This document shows positions 16,927-25,179 of a DNA stretch of 30,700 nt, in pieces. Position 1 is the stretch's first letter. Every line of letters begins with the position of its first letter. Under the pieces are notes generated by a model, which saw nothing but the letters and a program-made list of their open reading frames with translations, did not search any database and was not told where the DNA came from. The DNA lies in contig CAZUFH010000002.1 in assembly GCA_964618885.1 (NCBI GenBank), positions 1 to 30,700 on the forward strand, in the 5' to 3' direction. This stretch comes from an uncultured Pseudomonadales bacterium. GTDB taxonomy: Bacteria; Patescibacteriota; Microgenomatia; UBA1400; MFAQ01. The position numbers were made by a program, and so were the translations under genes.

Positions 16927-17624
16927 TTTTTCTTGTCGCTAATTACTTGGCCATCAAGGACCCGGATTTGCCTCCTTGTTCTCTCAGCAATTTCCATTTC
17001 GTGTGTCACCATGACGATGGTGATACCTTCGGTCTTATTAAGTTCCTCAAACAAATCAATGATTTCATTCCCGGTTTTATGGTCAAGATTTCCTGTCGGT
17101 TCATCCGCCAGTATCAGCTGAGGTTTCATGATCAGTGCCCTAGCCACTGCCACTCGTTGCTGTTGGCCTCCTGAGATCCGATTTGGAAATGAATCTTTTT
17201 TTGAAAGAATACCAAACTTTTCCATGAGCATTTCCGCTCTCGCTTCCGCATCAAACTCCAGCTTGCGTCTAGAATAGGTAGCCGGCAACAATACATTTTC
17301 TTTGATTGTCAGTTTGTTTAATAAATTAAACTGCTGAAAAACAAATCCGACATAAGAATTCCTGAGTGTCGACGTCTGATTATCATCCAGTTTTGAAACG
17401 TTTTTTCCATTCACAATTATTTCTCCGCGACTTGGTTTGTCAAGTAGACCTATCATATGCATGAGAGTCGATTTGCCGGATCCCGAAGGTCCAATGATGG
17501 CCGAGAACTCACCCTCATGTATATCAAGATTTATATCCTTGAGAGCGACGAAGATTGAGCCATCTCCCAGAAGATACTCTTTATTGACTTCTTTAAGGCT
17601 GATTATAGATGACGTCGTTTTCAT
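16923..17624 (-). CDS. ABC transporter ATP-binding protein (LolD/MacB-like)
   Basis: GPSGSGKST, ISGGQQQRVAVARAL, ILADEPTGNLD, VTHE. Confidence 0.95.
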   Translation of the reverse strand: MKTTSSIISLKEVNKEYLLGDGSIFVALKDINLDIHEGEFSAIIGPSGSGKSTLMHMIGLLDKPSRGEIIVNGKNVSKLDDNQTSTLRNSYVGFVFQQFNLLNKLTIKENVLLPATYSRRKLEFDAEARAEMLMEKFGILSKKDSFPNRISGGQQQRVAVARALIMKPQLILADEPTGNLDHKTGNEIIDLFEELNKTEGITIVMVTHEMEIAERTRRQIRVLDGQVISDKKK

Positions 17625-18621
17625 TTAGCCCTTCCTTTATTTCTACCATCCCTTCAATAATCTCGCCTTGGCTTACCTCGACCGGTTTTAGCTGGCCATC
17701 CACCATCATCTCTACATAGTACTTGCCATTCTCTTTTTTGATGTAGGCTTCAGGTACTGCCAAGACATCTTTGTTTTCTTTCAAAGTGAAGTTCACGTCG
17801 CCGGTCATTCCCATTTTTATTCCTTCACCAAGTTCTTCTGGGTCAAAAAGAATCTTTATTTCATACACCGTTCCCGACTCTCCCGCTTTAGGTACGAAAC
17901 CAATTTTGTCCACCGTGGCCATAAGCTCTTTTTCGGGGAAAGAGTCCAGTATCACCTTGCCGGTCATTCCTTCTTCTAGGGAGGGGACCTCTGTTTGATC
18001 GGCTGTAGCCGAAAGAAACAAAGTCTTTGGATTGACAATGCTAAATACCGCACTCGCGGGGGTAATATTGGTACCAGGGACCGGGACATCGACTTTGGTC
18101 ACGATGCCTTCAAAGGGGGAGAAAATCGTAGCAAACTTCAGAGCCAGGTTCTTTGCCTCAAAGGCTAGCACGGCATTATTCAAGTCATACTGGTTCTTGT
18201 CCAAAGTTCTTTTGACAATGTCTCTGGCGGCGTCTGTCATCCCTCTTGTCTGCCAATCCTTATTGTCATCCACTCCTTGCTCAAAGTCCCACCTTTCTTT
18301 AAGATATGAGTTCATATATTGATTGAGACTATTAGTGAGCTCTCGCTTATCTAAGGAAGCTATGGCCTGGTATTTCTTGACGACATCGCCTTCCTTAACT
18401 CCCACCCAAGTCAGTAAACCCGAGGTTTGAAACTTGATGTCTGCCTTTTCCCAGGCATCGATTTCTCCGGAGAGGGACAGTTTCTCGGTTAGATCCTGTT
18501 TCTTTACTGTATACGTCTTAGACTTAAGTTCACTTGCCTGGACATTTTTCCAAATAACAAAACCACCACCGGCCAGCAAAACCAGCAAAATAATCCACCA
18601 AAAACGTTTAATCAGTCTCAC
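17593..18621 (-). CDS. efflux periplasmic adaptor subunit (MacA/HlyD-like)
   Basis: N-terminal TM, VKEGDVVKK lipoyl half, hairpin, IFSPFEGIV, GMTGDV, LAVPE; co-oriented with the ABC ATPase and permease. Confidence 0.9.
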   Translation of the reverse strand: MRLIKRFWWIILLVLLAGGGFVIWKNVQASELKSKTYTVKKQDLTEKLSLSGEIDAWEKADIKFQTSGLLTWVGVKEGDVVKKYQAIASLDKRELTNSLNQYMNSYLKERWDFEQGVDDNKDWQTRGMTDAARDIVKRTLDKNQYDLNNAVLAFEAKNLALKFATIFSPFEGIVTKVDVPVPGTNITPASAVFSIVNPKTLFLSATADQTEVPSLEEGMTGKVILDSFPEKELMATVDKIGFVPKAGESGTVYEIKILFDPEELGEGIKMGMTGDVNFTLKENKDVLAVPEAYIKKENGKYYVEMMVDGQLKPVEVSQGEIIEGMVEIKEGLNENDVIYNQP

Positions 18622-18740
18622 AGGTTCATTTTATACAATCAAAGATCCATTTGCCACTATTTATCATTCGTCCGAGATAAACATCTAAATTACTTTTAAT
18701 GTCAGGTGGCAAGCTTTGACAATTAGGATAAAATTCAACC

Positions 18741-19841
18741 ATGGCCCTAGAGAATCAAATAAATATCGTCGATCTCAAAAAGCGGATAAATGATATTGCC
18801 GAAAAGCTGGATCTGCCTTCACTTCGCCTGGAAATGAACCGGTTAACTTTGGAGTCCGGTGAGCCGGGCTTGTGGGCGGACGAAGATCATGCCAAAGCCG
18901 TCATGTCTGGCATGGCAGCTGCGAGAGATACCATTACTTCTACCGAAAAACTTCTCTCAGATGTTCAGTCTCTTGAGGAACTTCTCCAGATGTCAAAGTC
19001 TTCCGGAGACGATAGCTTGGACCAAGAAGTTAGGGTACTTTACGAAACCTTGTCCAAAAACGTCGAAAGAGTTGAGCTGGTAACTTTTTTGTCAGGGGAC
19101 TACGATGCTTCCGACGCCATCGTCACCATCAAAGCCGGGCAAGGCGGAACCGAAGCTATGGACTGGGCCGGTATGCTTAGCCGCATGTACACACGCTACT
19201 TTGAGAAACGCAGCTGGCCTTACGAAACTATCGAATATGCCCCCGGTGAGGAGACCGGCATCAAGTCGGTGACTTACTTGGTCCATGGTCGTTTTGCCTA
19301 TGGCTACCTCAAAAACGAAAAAGGGACTCACCGTCTTGTTCGCCTCTCACCCTTTAATGCCGACAAATTACGGCAAACTTCTTTTGCCGGTGTCGAGGTG
19401 ATGCCTCTGCTACCCGAAGAAGCAGAAATCGAGATCCGTGAAGAAGACCTAGAGTTTGAAGCGAGCCGAGCCAGTGGCGCTGGTGGCCAAAACGTGAACA
19501 AAGTCAGTACTGCCGTCCGAATTAAACATCTTCCCACTGGCATTGTGGTCGAGTGTCAGACCCAGAGATACCAAGATGCGAACCGCAAGATCGCTATGCA
19601 GGTTCTCAAGTCCAAGCTCTGGGAAATTAAAGAAGCCAAGCGCCAAGAAGAGCTCAGCCGGATCAAAGGCGGAGCTACTATTGCCAGTTGGGGTCATCAG
19701 ATCAGATCTTACGTTCTTCATCCTTATAAACTAGTTAAAGACCTACGGACCGAATACGAAGAAACCAATCCGGACTCCGTCTTGGACGGCAACTTGGATG
19801 GCTTTATCGAGTCTGAGCTAAAGTTTTTTACCTCGCCATAG
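18741..19841 (+). CDS. prfB: peptide chain release factor 2
   Basis: [18 protein letters not shown] (SPF motif), [10 protein letters not shown] (GGQ), [10 protein letters not shown]; uninterrupted ORF. Confidence 0.97.
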   Translation: MALENQINIVDLKKRINDIAEKLDLPSLRLEMNRLTLESGEPGLWADEDHAKAVMSGMAAARDTITSTEKLLSDVQSLEELLQMSKSSGDDSLDQEVRVLYETLSKNVERVELVTFLSGDYDASDAIVTIKAGQGGTEAMDWAGMLSRMYTRYFEKRSWPYETIEYAPGEETGIKSVTYLVHGRFAYGYLKNEKGTHRLVRLSPFNADKLRQTSFAGVEVMPLLPEEAEIEIREEDLEFEASRASGAGGQNVNKVSTAVRIKHLPTGIVVECQTQRYQDANRKIAMQVLKSKLWEIKEAKRQEELSRIKGGATIASWGHQIRSYVLHPYKLVKDLRTEYEETNPDSVLDGNLDGFIESELKFFTSP

Positions 19842-19879
19842 TCTTTCCAAAGGCGGGCTTCGCCTCCTAGAAATATCAC

Positions 19880-19902
19880 AAAAAACCCGCCATTGGCGGG
19901 TT
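19880..19902 (-). terminator. intrinsic terminator for the minus-strand Zn-ribbon gene
   Basis: AACCCGCC-ATT-GGCGGGTT hairpin (19884-19902) with an A-tract on its left (U-tract on the minus strand). Confidence 0.65.
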
Positions 19903-20329
19903 ACGTAGTCAGGCTAGCATAAATTGCTTCCAGTCTTTTATAGACATCCAAATATGTTTGCCGTTTGTCTTGGCTATCTTCCATGCAAATAGATCGAAAA
20001 TGGCCAATTAACATAAAAAGATCGAGGATATAGTCTCTGAATTGGTACTGGTGGTCCCTAAGAATCCTGAGGGATGCAATCAGGTCATCGACGTTATCCG
20101 GATAAAAGTCATCAAGGTCGGCAAACTTGTCAATATGATACTTCAAAAGAACAGCATCTTTTGCCGCATACTGGCTTCGTTTTGCACTTGGGAGTCGGCT
20201 TGGATCTTTTTCTAACGGTTCAAATTGAGATCCACAATATACGCACTCCTCGTCATTTAATCCAACTTGCGCTCCGCAAGCTTCGCAAACGACGGTTCTC
20301 CTTACTAGGACTTGCCTTTTGAGTGACAC
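19901..20329 (-). CDS. hypothetical protein with an N-terminal CxxC-x10-CxxC zinc ribbon
   Basis: CEACGAQVGLNDEECVYCG; AGGAGG RBS (20335-20340) 5 nt before GTG 20329. Confidence 0.7.
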   Translation of the reverse strand: MSLKRQVLVRRTVVCEACGAQVGLNDEECVYCGSQFEPLEKDPSRLPSAKRSQYAAKDAVLLKYHIDKFADLDDFYPDNVDDLIASLRILRDHQYQFRDYILDLFMLIGHFRSICMEDSQDKRQTYLDVYKRLEAIYASLTT

Positions 20330-20478
20330 AGTCACCTCCTTCTTCCCTGTAGGACATTATTAATTTACTCATTGATTATAGGCCATGGTCCTTTAATTGT
20401 CCACCCGGCCTTTCGCCACTGACTGTATCCTTGAGTTCTATGTATAACATTCTGCAATTAATTTGGTAAACTAGTTAC

Positions 20479-21018
20479 ATGGAAATAAAGACGATCGACC
20501 TAGACAAAGTAGATCCAAGTAAGGATTCATCCCGGGTGAGCTCCGTCCCCCCACTAGTAAATACCAATCAAAAAATGTCCAACAAATCAAGTATTGTGAC
20601 CGTTATTTTATTTTTAGTCACCGCTATTGCCGGTTTCTACTCTGGGGCCACTTTAAAGAACAGATTATCAGGTAAGCTGGCCGGAGGTATAGATGCCAAA
20701 AACATTCAGGCCGAAGTTCCGACCACTGGGGTGAAGATTGGCGATATCTATGGTTCGGCAGACGAGAAAGCTTTTCGGGATAGTGCAACTGGCGTTCTAG
20801 ATAAGGGAGGCCTAAATGGCGAAGGGACTCACAAAATCGTTCGTCCCGGGGGTGCTTCACAAACAGTCTATGTCACCAGTTCGGTAATAGATCTAGATAC
20901 TCTAGTAGGCCATCAGATTACAGCTTGGGGAGAGACCTTCAAAGGTCAGAAAGTCAGCTGGCTGATGGACATCGGCCGTGTCAAGGTCGAGAACTTAAAC
21001 ATGCCTTTACCTAAGTAA
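20479..21018 (+). CDS. membrane-anchored hypothetical protein
   Basis: Single TM (IVTVILFLVTAIAGFYSG) followed by a beta-rich domain; extended -10 TGGTAAACT 6 nt before ATG. Confidence 0.75.
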   Translation: MEIKTIDLDKVDPSKDSSRVSSVPPLVNTNQKMSNKSSIVTVILFLVTAIAGFYSGATLKNRLSGKLAGGIDAKNIQAEVPTTGVKIGDIYGSADEKAFRDSATGVLDKGGLNGEGTHKIVRPGGASQTVYVTSSVIDLDTLVGHQITAWGETFKGQKVSWLMDIGRVKVENLNMPLPK

Positions 21019-21045
21019 TGATGCTTCTTTACAATTACAAATTCG

Positions 21046-21132
21046 CGTCATTCCCGCGGAGGCGGGAATCCATCCAATTGGTACAAAATTAGGTATTTAT
21101 TTTATGGATTCCTGGTCAAGCCAGGAATGACG
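21046..21132. repeat. 87-bp composite palindromic element (MITE/REP-like) with 9-bp terminal inverted repeats
   Basis: CGTCATTCC...GGAATGACG termini. Left unit ATTCCC-N8-GGGAAT (21050-21069); right unit ATTCCTGG-TCAAG-CCAGGAAT; AT-rich spacer between them. Confidence 0.85.
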
Positions 21133-21167
21133 AGGGTTGTGAAATATTAAAAATTTAACTCGATAAA

Positions 21168-21992
21168 TTGATTGATTTTTCTCATGTCACCAAGGCATAT
21201 CCAAATGGTGACGTCGTTCTAGACGATGTAAACTTCTCCGTCTCACCCGGTGAATTTGTGATCATTACCGGAGCTTCCGGTGCCGGCAAAACGACTCTGG
21301 GCCGCCTCCTTATCCGCGACTTAATCCCTACCAAAGGCAAGATCGTTATCGATGGAGAAGATCTCTCCAAAATTAAGACCAAAAATATTCCTCTCATCCG
21401 TCGCAAAATTGGTTTTATTTTTCAAGATTACAAAATAATTCCAGATAAAACGGTGGGGGAAAACATCTCTCTTTCTCTGGAGATCGGTGGTTATACCTCC
21501 AAAAAAATTCCCGAAAAAATCTCGTCCCTACTTGAGCTAGTTGGGATTCCAAAAAAAGAGAATCTCTTTCCGGGGCAGCTTTCCGGTGGAGAAGTTCAGC
21601 GTGCAGCTATCGCCCGGGCCATCGCCTGCGACTCACCCATCCTTTTTGCCGATGAGCCGACCGGAAACCTAGACAAAGAAACTTCTATTGAAATCTTCAA
21701 TCTTCTCCAAAAAATTAACTCCGTCGGTACGACCGTCATTATGGCTACACACGACGTGACACTCATCGATCTTAGTTCTGCTCGACGTCTTCGGCTAGAA
21801 AAAGGTAAGATAATTTCAGACACCGAAAAAAAACCCACCAAATCTACTGAACAACCCGGTACAACTACTGTCATTCCTGCGAAGGCAGGAATCCATCAAG
21901 ATGATACTATAAAAACAAGACACAGCAATTCGTCATTGCGAGGAGCAAAGCGACGTGGCAATCTCACTCCATCAACCAAAAAATCTTCATGA
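21168..21992 (+). CDS. ftsE: cell division ATP-binding protein FtsE with a repeat-derived C-terminal extension
   Basis: GASGAGKTT, IGFIFQDYK, LSGGEVQRAAIARA, ADEPTGNLD, ATHD; directly upstream of ftsX; TTG start. Confidence 0.9.
   Translation: MIDFSHVTKAYPNGDVVLDDVNFSVSPGEFVIITGASGAGKTTLGRLLIRDLIPTKGKIVIDGEDLSKIKTKNIPLIRRKIGFIFQDYKIIPDKTVGENISLSLEIGGYTSKKIPEKISSLLELVGIPKKENLFPGQLSGGEVQRAAIARAIACDSPILFADEPTGNLDKETSIEIFNLLQKINSVGTTVIMATHDVTLIDLSSARRLRLEKGKIISDTEKKPTKSTEQPGTTTVIPAKAGIHQDDTIKTRHSNSSLRGAKRRGNLTPSTKKSS
21870..21895. repeat. palindromic repeat in frame in ftsE (encodes VIPAKAGIH)
   Basis: GTC-ATTCCTGC-GAAG-GCAGGAAT-CCA, perfect 8-bp stem. Confidence 0.8.
21931..21964. repeat. second palindromic repeat in frame in ftsE (encodes SLRGAKRRGNL)
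   Basis: CGTC-ATTGC-GAGGAGCAAAGCGACGTG-GCAAT-CT. Confidence 0.7.
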
Positions 21993-22894
21993 ACTCTGCC
22001 CTCAAAAACATTCGCCGCACTCCATTCCAAGCCCTCTCCGCTGTTTTTGTTGTTTCCATTACTCTCTACGTCGTGGGCATTTTTACTCTCGTTACCCTAG
22101 CTTCCCACTCCATTCTCTTAAACTTCGAAACCAAGCCCCAAATCATCGCCTATCTGAAGGATGGTCACACCACCGACCAGGTTGCTGGCCTCATCAGCAC
22201 TCTTACTTCCACCCAAGGAGTAAAAAATGCCAGCTATATTAGTAAGCAAGATGCCCTGGAACTTTACAAAAAAAGTGTCGGCAACGATCCCGTCTTACTT
22301 GGCACCGTCACCGACTGGGGTATTGTCACCGCCGACATTCTTCCTGCGAGTGTAGAGATCACTGCGAGCAACCCCAAGTCATTCCAAACCATCGCCTCTA
22401 TCTTGGAAAAATCCGAAGTAGTCAGTGAGACTCCGGCGGGCAAAAAAGAAATCGATTTTCCTCAGGATGTCATTTCCGAGCTTACCAAGTGGACCAACGC
22501 CATCCGCATGGCCGGCTTTCTCCTCATTATTGCCCTCACTATCGTATGTATCCTAACTATCATGATCATTATCTCTATGAAAATTTCTTCCCGGCGCATC
22601 GAGATTGGGACTTTGAAACTCCTGGGAGCCCAAAACTTTTACATCATCAAACCCTACATTACCGAGTCGGTTATTTACGGTTTGGTCGGGGCTCTCTTTG
22701 GCTGGGTGATGACTTACATCACTCTTCTCTATTCCACACCCTTCCTGGCACCTCGTCTCAGTGGAGTCATTCCCTTTCCCGTTCGTTTAGAAATAGTTTT
22801 GGGTCTTCTTCTCGCTCTCTTGGTTTTTGGTCTGGTTCTCTCATTTGTTTCCAGCCTCTTCGCTACCGCTAGGTTCGTCAAGAGGTCCAAATGA
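21989..22894 (+). CDS. ftsX: cell division permease FtsX
   Basis: Four-TM FtsX layout, YISKQDALELYK, RRIEIGTLKLLGAQNFYIIKPYITE; ATGA overlap with ftsE. Confidence 0.9.
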   Translation: MNSALKNIRRTPFQALSAVFVVSITLYVVGIFTLVTLASHSILLNFETKPQIIAYLKDGHTTDQVAGLISTLTSTQGVKNASYISKQDALELYKKSVGNDPVLLGTVTDWGIVTADILPASVEITASNPKSFQTIASILEKSEVVSETPAGKKEIDFPQDVISELTKWTNAIRMAGFLLIIALTIVCILTIMIIISMKISSRRIEIGTLKLLGAQNFYIIKPYITESVIYGLVGALFGWVMTYITLLYSTPFLAPRLSGVIPFPVRLEIVLGLLLALLVFGLVLSFVSSLFATARFVKRSK

Positions 22895-24030
22895 AAAAAA
22901 AATTTCTAGTTTTTACCATAACATTTCTTTTTCTATGGCAAAGTCCCATTAAAGCTGCAACAGAGTGTGATGGTACAGCCTCATCCATTGACGCCTGTAT
23001 TCAGATACTTGATACTCTTAACAAAGAAGAAACTTCTAGTAAGCAAGCTATAGCTGTTTATAATACGAAAATTAATCTGATTCAGGGACAGATAAATAAG
23101 ACAAATACCGAAATTGCAGCCTTAGAAAAGGAAATCATGGTTTTAGGAGGAGTTTTGGAAAACGTCAATAAATCAATGGATGATCTTACGGTCATTTATC
23201 TGGCGAGAGTCCGAGAAAGCTATCGCCGTTCCCGCGTCACCCCGATTGATATGATTTTTTCAACAGATTCCTTCGGCGATTTTCTGGAGAAGCTAAAGTA
23301 TTTAAACACCGTCAAAGCCAAAGATCAGCTCATACTTACAGAGCTGGAGAAATCTAGACAAGACTATGACCAAAGAAAAAATGAAAAAGTAAATAAGCAG
23401 CAGGAAGTGGAAAAACTAAAAGAAAGGTTAGAAGTACAAAAAAAGTCACAAAATCAACTACTAAAAGAAAAAAAAGCAATGCTCCTTGATACTCAAAATA
23501 ATGAAAAAAAGTACAAACAACTATTAGATCAAGCACTTGCAGAAAAGGCCGCTATCGAAAAGGCATTGGTTTCAGGTGTCAAAGTTGGTCCCATTAAAAA
23601 AGGTGATCCGATTGCTCTTACGGGAAATTCGGGATATCCAGGTTGTTCTACTGGCAAACACCTTCACTTCGAAATCAGAAAAGATGGAAAGTGGGTGGAT
23701 CCCAGCCCATATCTTTCTTCAAAAACAGTTAAAGATGAACAAGATAATCGAGGAGATGTAAATATTGGTTCTGGCAATTGGTCGTGGCCACTTAGTGATA
23801 CTATAAGGCTAACTCAGTTATTTGGTCATACTCCATATTCATGGAGATACAAATATTCCGGTGGAATTCACACTGGTTTCGACATGGTTTCGTCCTCTGG
23901 CGATGTCATCTACGCCCCGGCCGACGGAACACTATTCAAATCATCTCAGTCATGTGGTTCAAGTACAATCAATATTGTCTATATCGAACATCCAGATAAC
24001 CTTGTCAGTCTCTATCTGCACGTACAATAA
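22891..24030 (+). CDS. FtsEX-associated coiled-coil peptidoglycan hydrolase with a circularly permuted M23 domain
   Basis: Signal peptide, PcsB/EnvC-like coiled coil (TDSFGDFLEKLKYL); HLH precedes WP...HTGFD...APADG...YLHV. Confidence 0.85.
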   Translation: MKKKFLVFTITFLFLWQSPIKAATECDGTASSIDACIQILDTLNKEETSSKQAIAVYNTKINLIQGQINKTNTEIAALEKEIMVLGGVLENVNKSMDDLTVIYLARVRESYRRSRVTPIDMIFSTDSFGDFLEKLKYLNTVKAKDQLILTELEKSRQDYDQRKNEKVNKQQEVEKLKERLEVQKKSQNQLLKEKKAMLLDTQNNEKKYKQLLDQALAEKAAIEKALVSGVKVGPIKKGDPIALTGNSGYPGCSTGKHLHFEIRKDGKWVDPSPYLSSKTVKDEQDNRGDVNIGSGNWSWPLSDTIRLTQLFGHTPYSWRYKYSGGIHTGFDMVSSSGDVIYAPADGTLFKSSQSCGSSTINIVYIEHPDNLVSLYLHVQ

Positions 24031-24119
24031 CACGAATATACCTTACTTATTGGGCAAAGACACCTTCTTCCTCCACGTCAACTACTATTAAATTTATCGT
24101 CCCTCCACCAAAATTTTCC

Positions 24120-24150
24120 AAAAAATAACCCTGTCTTTTGACGGGGCTAT
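24120..24150 (-). terminator. hairpin with A-tract; terminator for a minus-strand transcript
   Basis: ATAACCCTGTC-TTTT-GACGGGGCTAT (10 of 11 pairs including G-U) preceded by AAAAAA. Confidence 0.55.
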
Positions 24151-24265
24151 AGCTAACTTAAGAAGTGAGCTCTCCAGTGGAGGGAACCTTTCTCAGATTG
24201 CGTTTTACTCTGAAAACGGGTACTCCCGCTCTCGATTACTCGATGGCTTTTTGTGTGCTTGTCTC

Positions 24266-24299
24266 TGGTATACTTTGTCCATCCTGTACTTTAAGGAGG
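24266..24299 (+). promoter_or_regulatory. extended -10 promoter plus RBS of cassette 1
   Basis: TGGTATACT (24266-24274) and AGGAGG (24294-24299). Confidence 0.65.
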
Positions 24300-24306
24300 T
24301 AAAATT

Positions 24307-24660
24307 TTGTCTCAATGCTGCGGAAAAATTCCGACTATTGATGATGTAGATAGGATCATAATTTCCGTTTTTCTAGGTCTGCTTGACCAGGTGGTATCAG
24401 AGCCGGATCTTTCAATTAGTGACAGCACGGATCCCTTCAAAGATCCAATTCAGACTATTAAAAATAGTCATGAATGGATAACTACAAAGGGAAATCTGAT
24501 CAAGGTGTTCGAGAGTGCCAACGGGCAAATTAATTACGAAATTTTTAGCGGCCCGGACAGAGGGGTACATCGGTTTATCGATCCAAATACCGGAAGAGAG
24601 GGTCAGACAGGAGTAGAGAATCCGAGAACCGGTGAGCGGCGCCACGAAAGTAAAAAGTAA
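24307..24660 (+). CDS. small CC-KIPT-leader protein 1 (putative toxin/effector)
   Basis: TTG start 7 nt after AGGAGG; MSQCCGKIPTIDDV leader; beta-rich His-containing C-terminus. Confidence 0.7.
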   Translation: MSQCCGKIPTIDDVDRIIISVFLGLLDQVVSEPDLSISDSTDPFKDPIQTIKNSHEWITTKGNLIKVFESANGQINYEIFSGPDRGVHRFIDPNTGREGQTGVENPRTGERRHESKK

Positions 24661-24702
24661 GTTCTGGGTGTTAAAATTAATCATATTTTAACACCCATTT
24701 TT

Positions 24703-25140
24703 ATGTCATTTCCAATTCCAAAAATAATTCCAATCAAATGTGATTTAGACAATTCCGAATATGTCATGATGATTCGTTATTTGTTGGACTTTATAAATTC
24801 TGAGTTAGAAAAAATCGATTCAATAAATACAATCTCTGTGGATCAGATAAATGAAGCCGGTAGTGCTTGTCAAACAATTTTACTTTCAAAATTCGACAAA
24901 GAGTGTGTTTTTTTGGATTCTGACAAATATTCCGAGAAATTTATCGGAACATATGCTCAGGAAACTTCAGACCTATTCAAGACCTTACAAGACATCTGTC
25001 AACTTTCATGGAGCTTTGATGCTTATCCGACCTTGGAACTTATCGATTTTGGAGTGAGGCAAGATGATGCTCAAAACTTCTACTCTTATCTAAAGTATCA
25101 GTCTGGAATTTTGTCCAATATTCTCAATCAAATATCCTAA
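24703..25140 (+). CDS. hypothetical acidic helical protein (putative immunity partner of 24307-24660)
   Basis: 145-aa ATG ORF immediately downstream and before a terminator. Confidence 0.7.
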   Translation: MSFPIPKIIPIKCDLDNSEYVMMIRYLLDFINSELEKIDSINTISVDQINEAGSACQTILLSKFDKECVFLDSDKYSEKFIGTYAQETSDLFKTLQDICQLSWSFDAYPTLELIDFGVRQDDAQNFYSYLKYQSGILSNILNQIS

Positions 25141-25148
25141 TTTTTCCC

Positions 25149-25179
25149 AAAAAATAGCCACCCCAGGGGGTGGCTTTTT
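25149..25179. terminator. bidirectional intrinsic terminator
   Basis: AGCCACCC-CAGG-GGGTGGCT perfect 8-bp stem (25156-25175), flanked by an A6 tract on the left and a T tract on the right. Confidence 0.8.

Noticed and set aside
19849-19866. AGGCG/CGCCT hairpin after prfB as a terminator
   Set aside because: Short 5-bp stem with no U-tract; too weak to call
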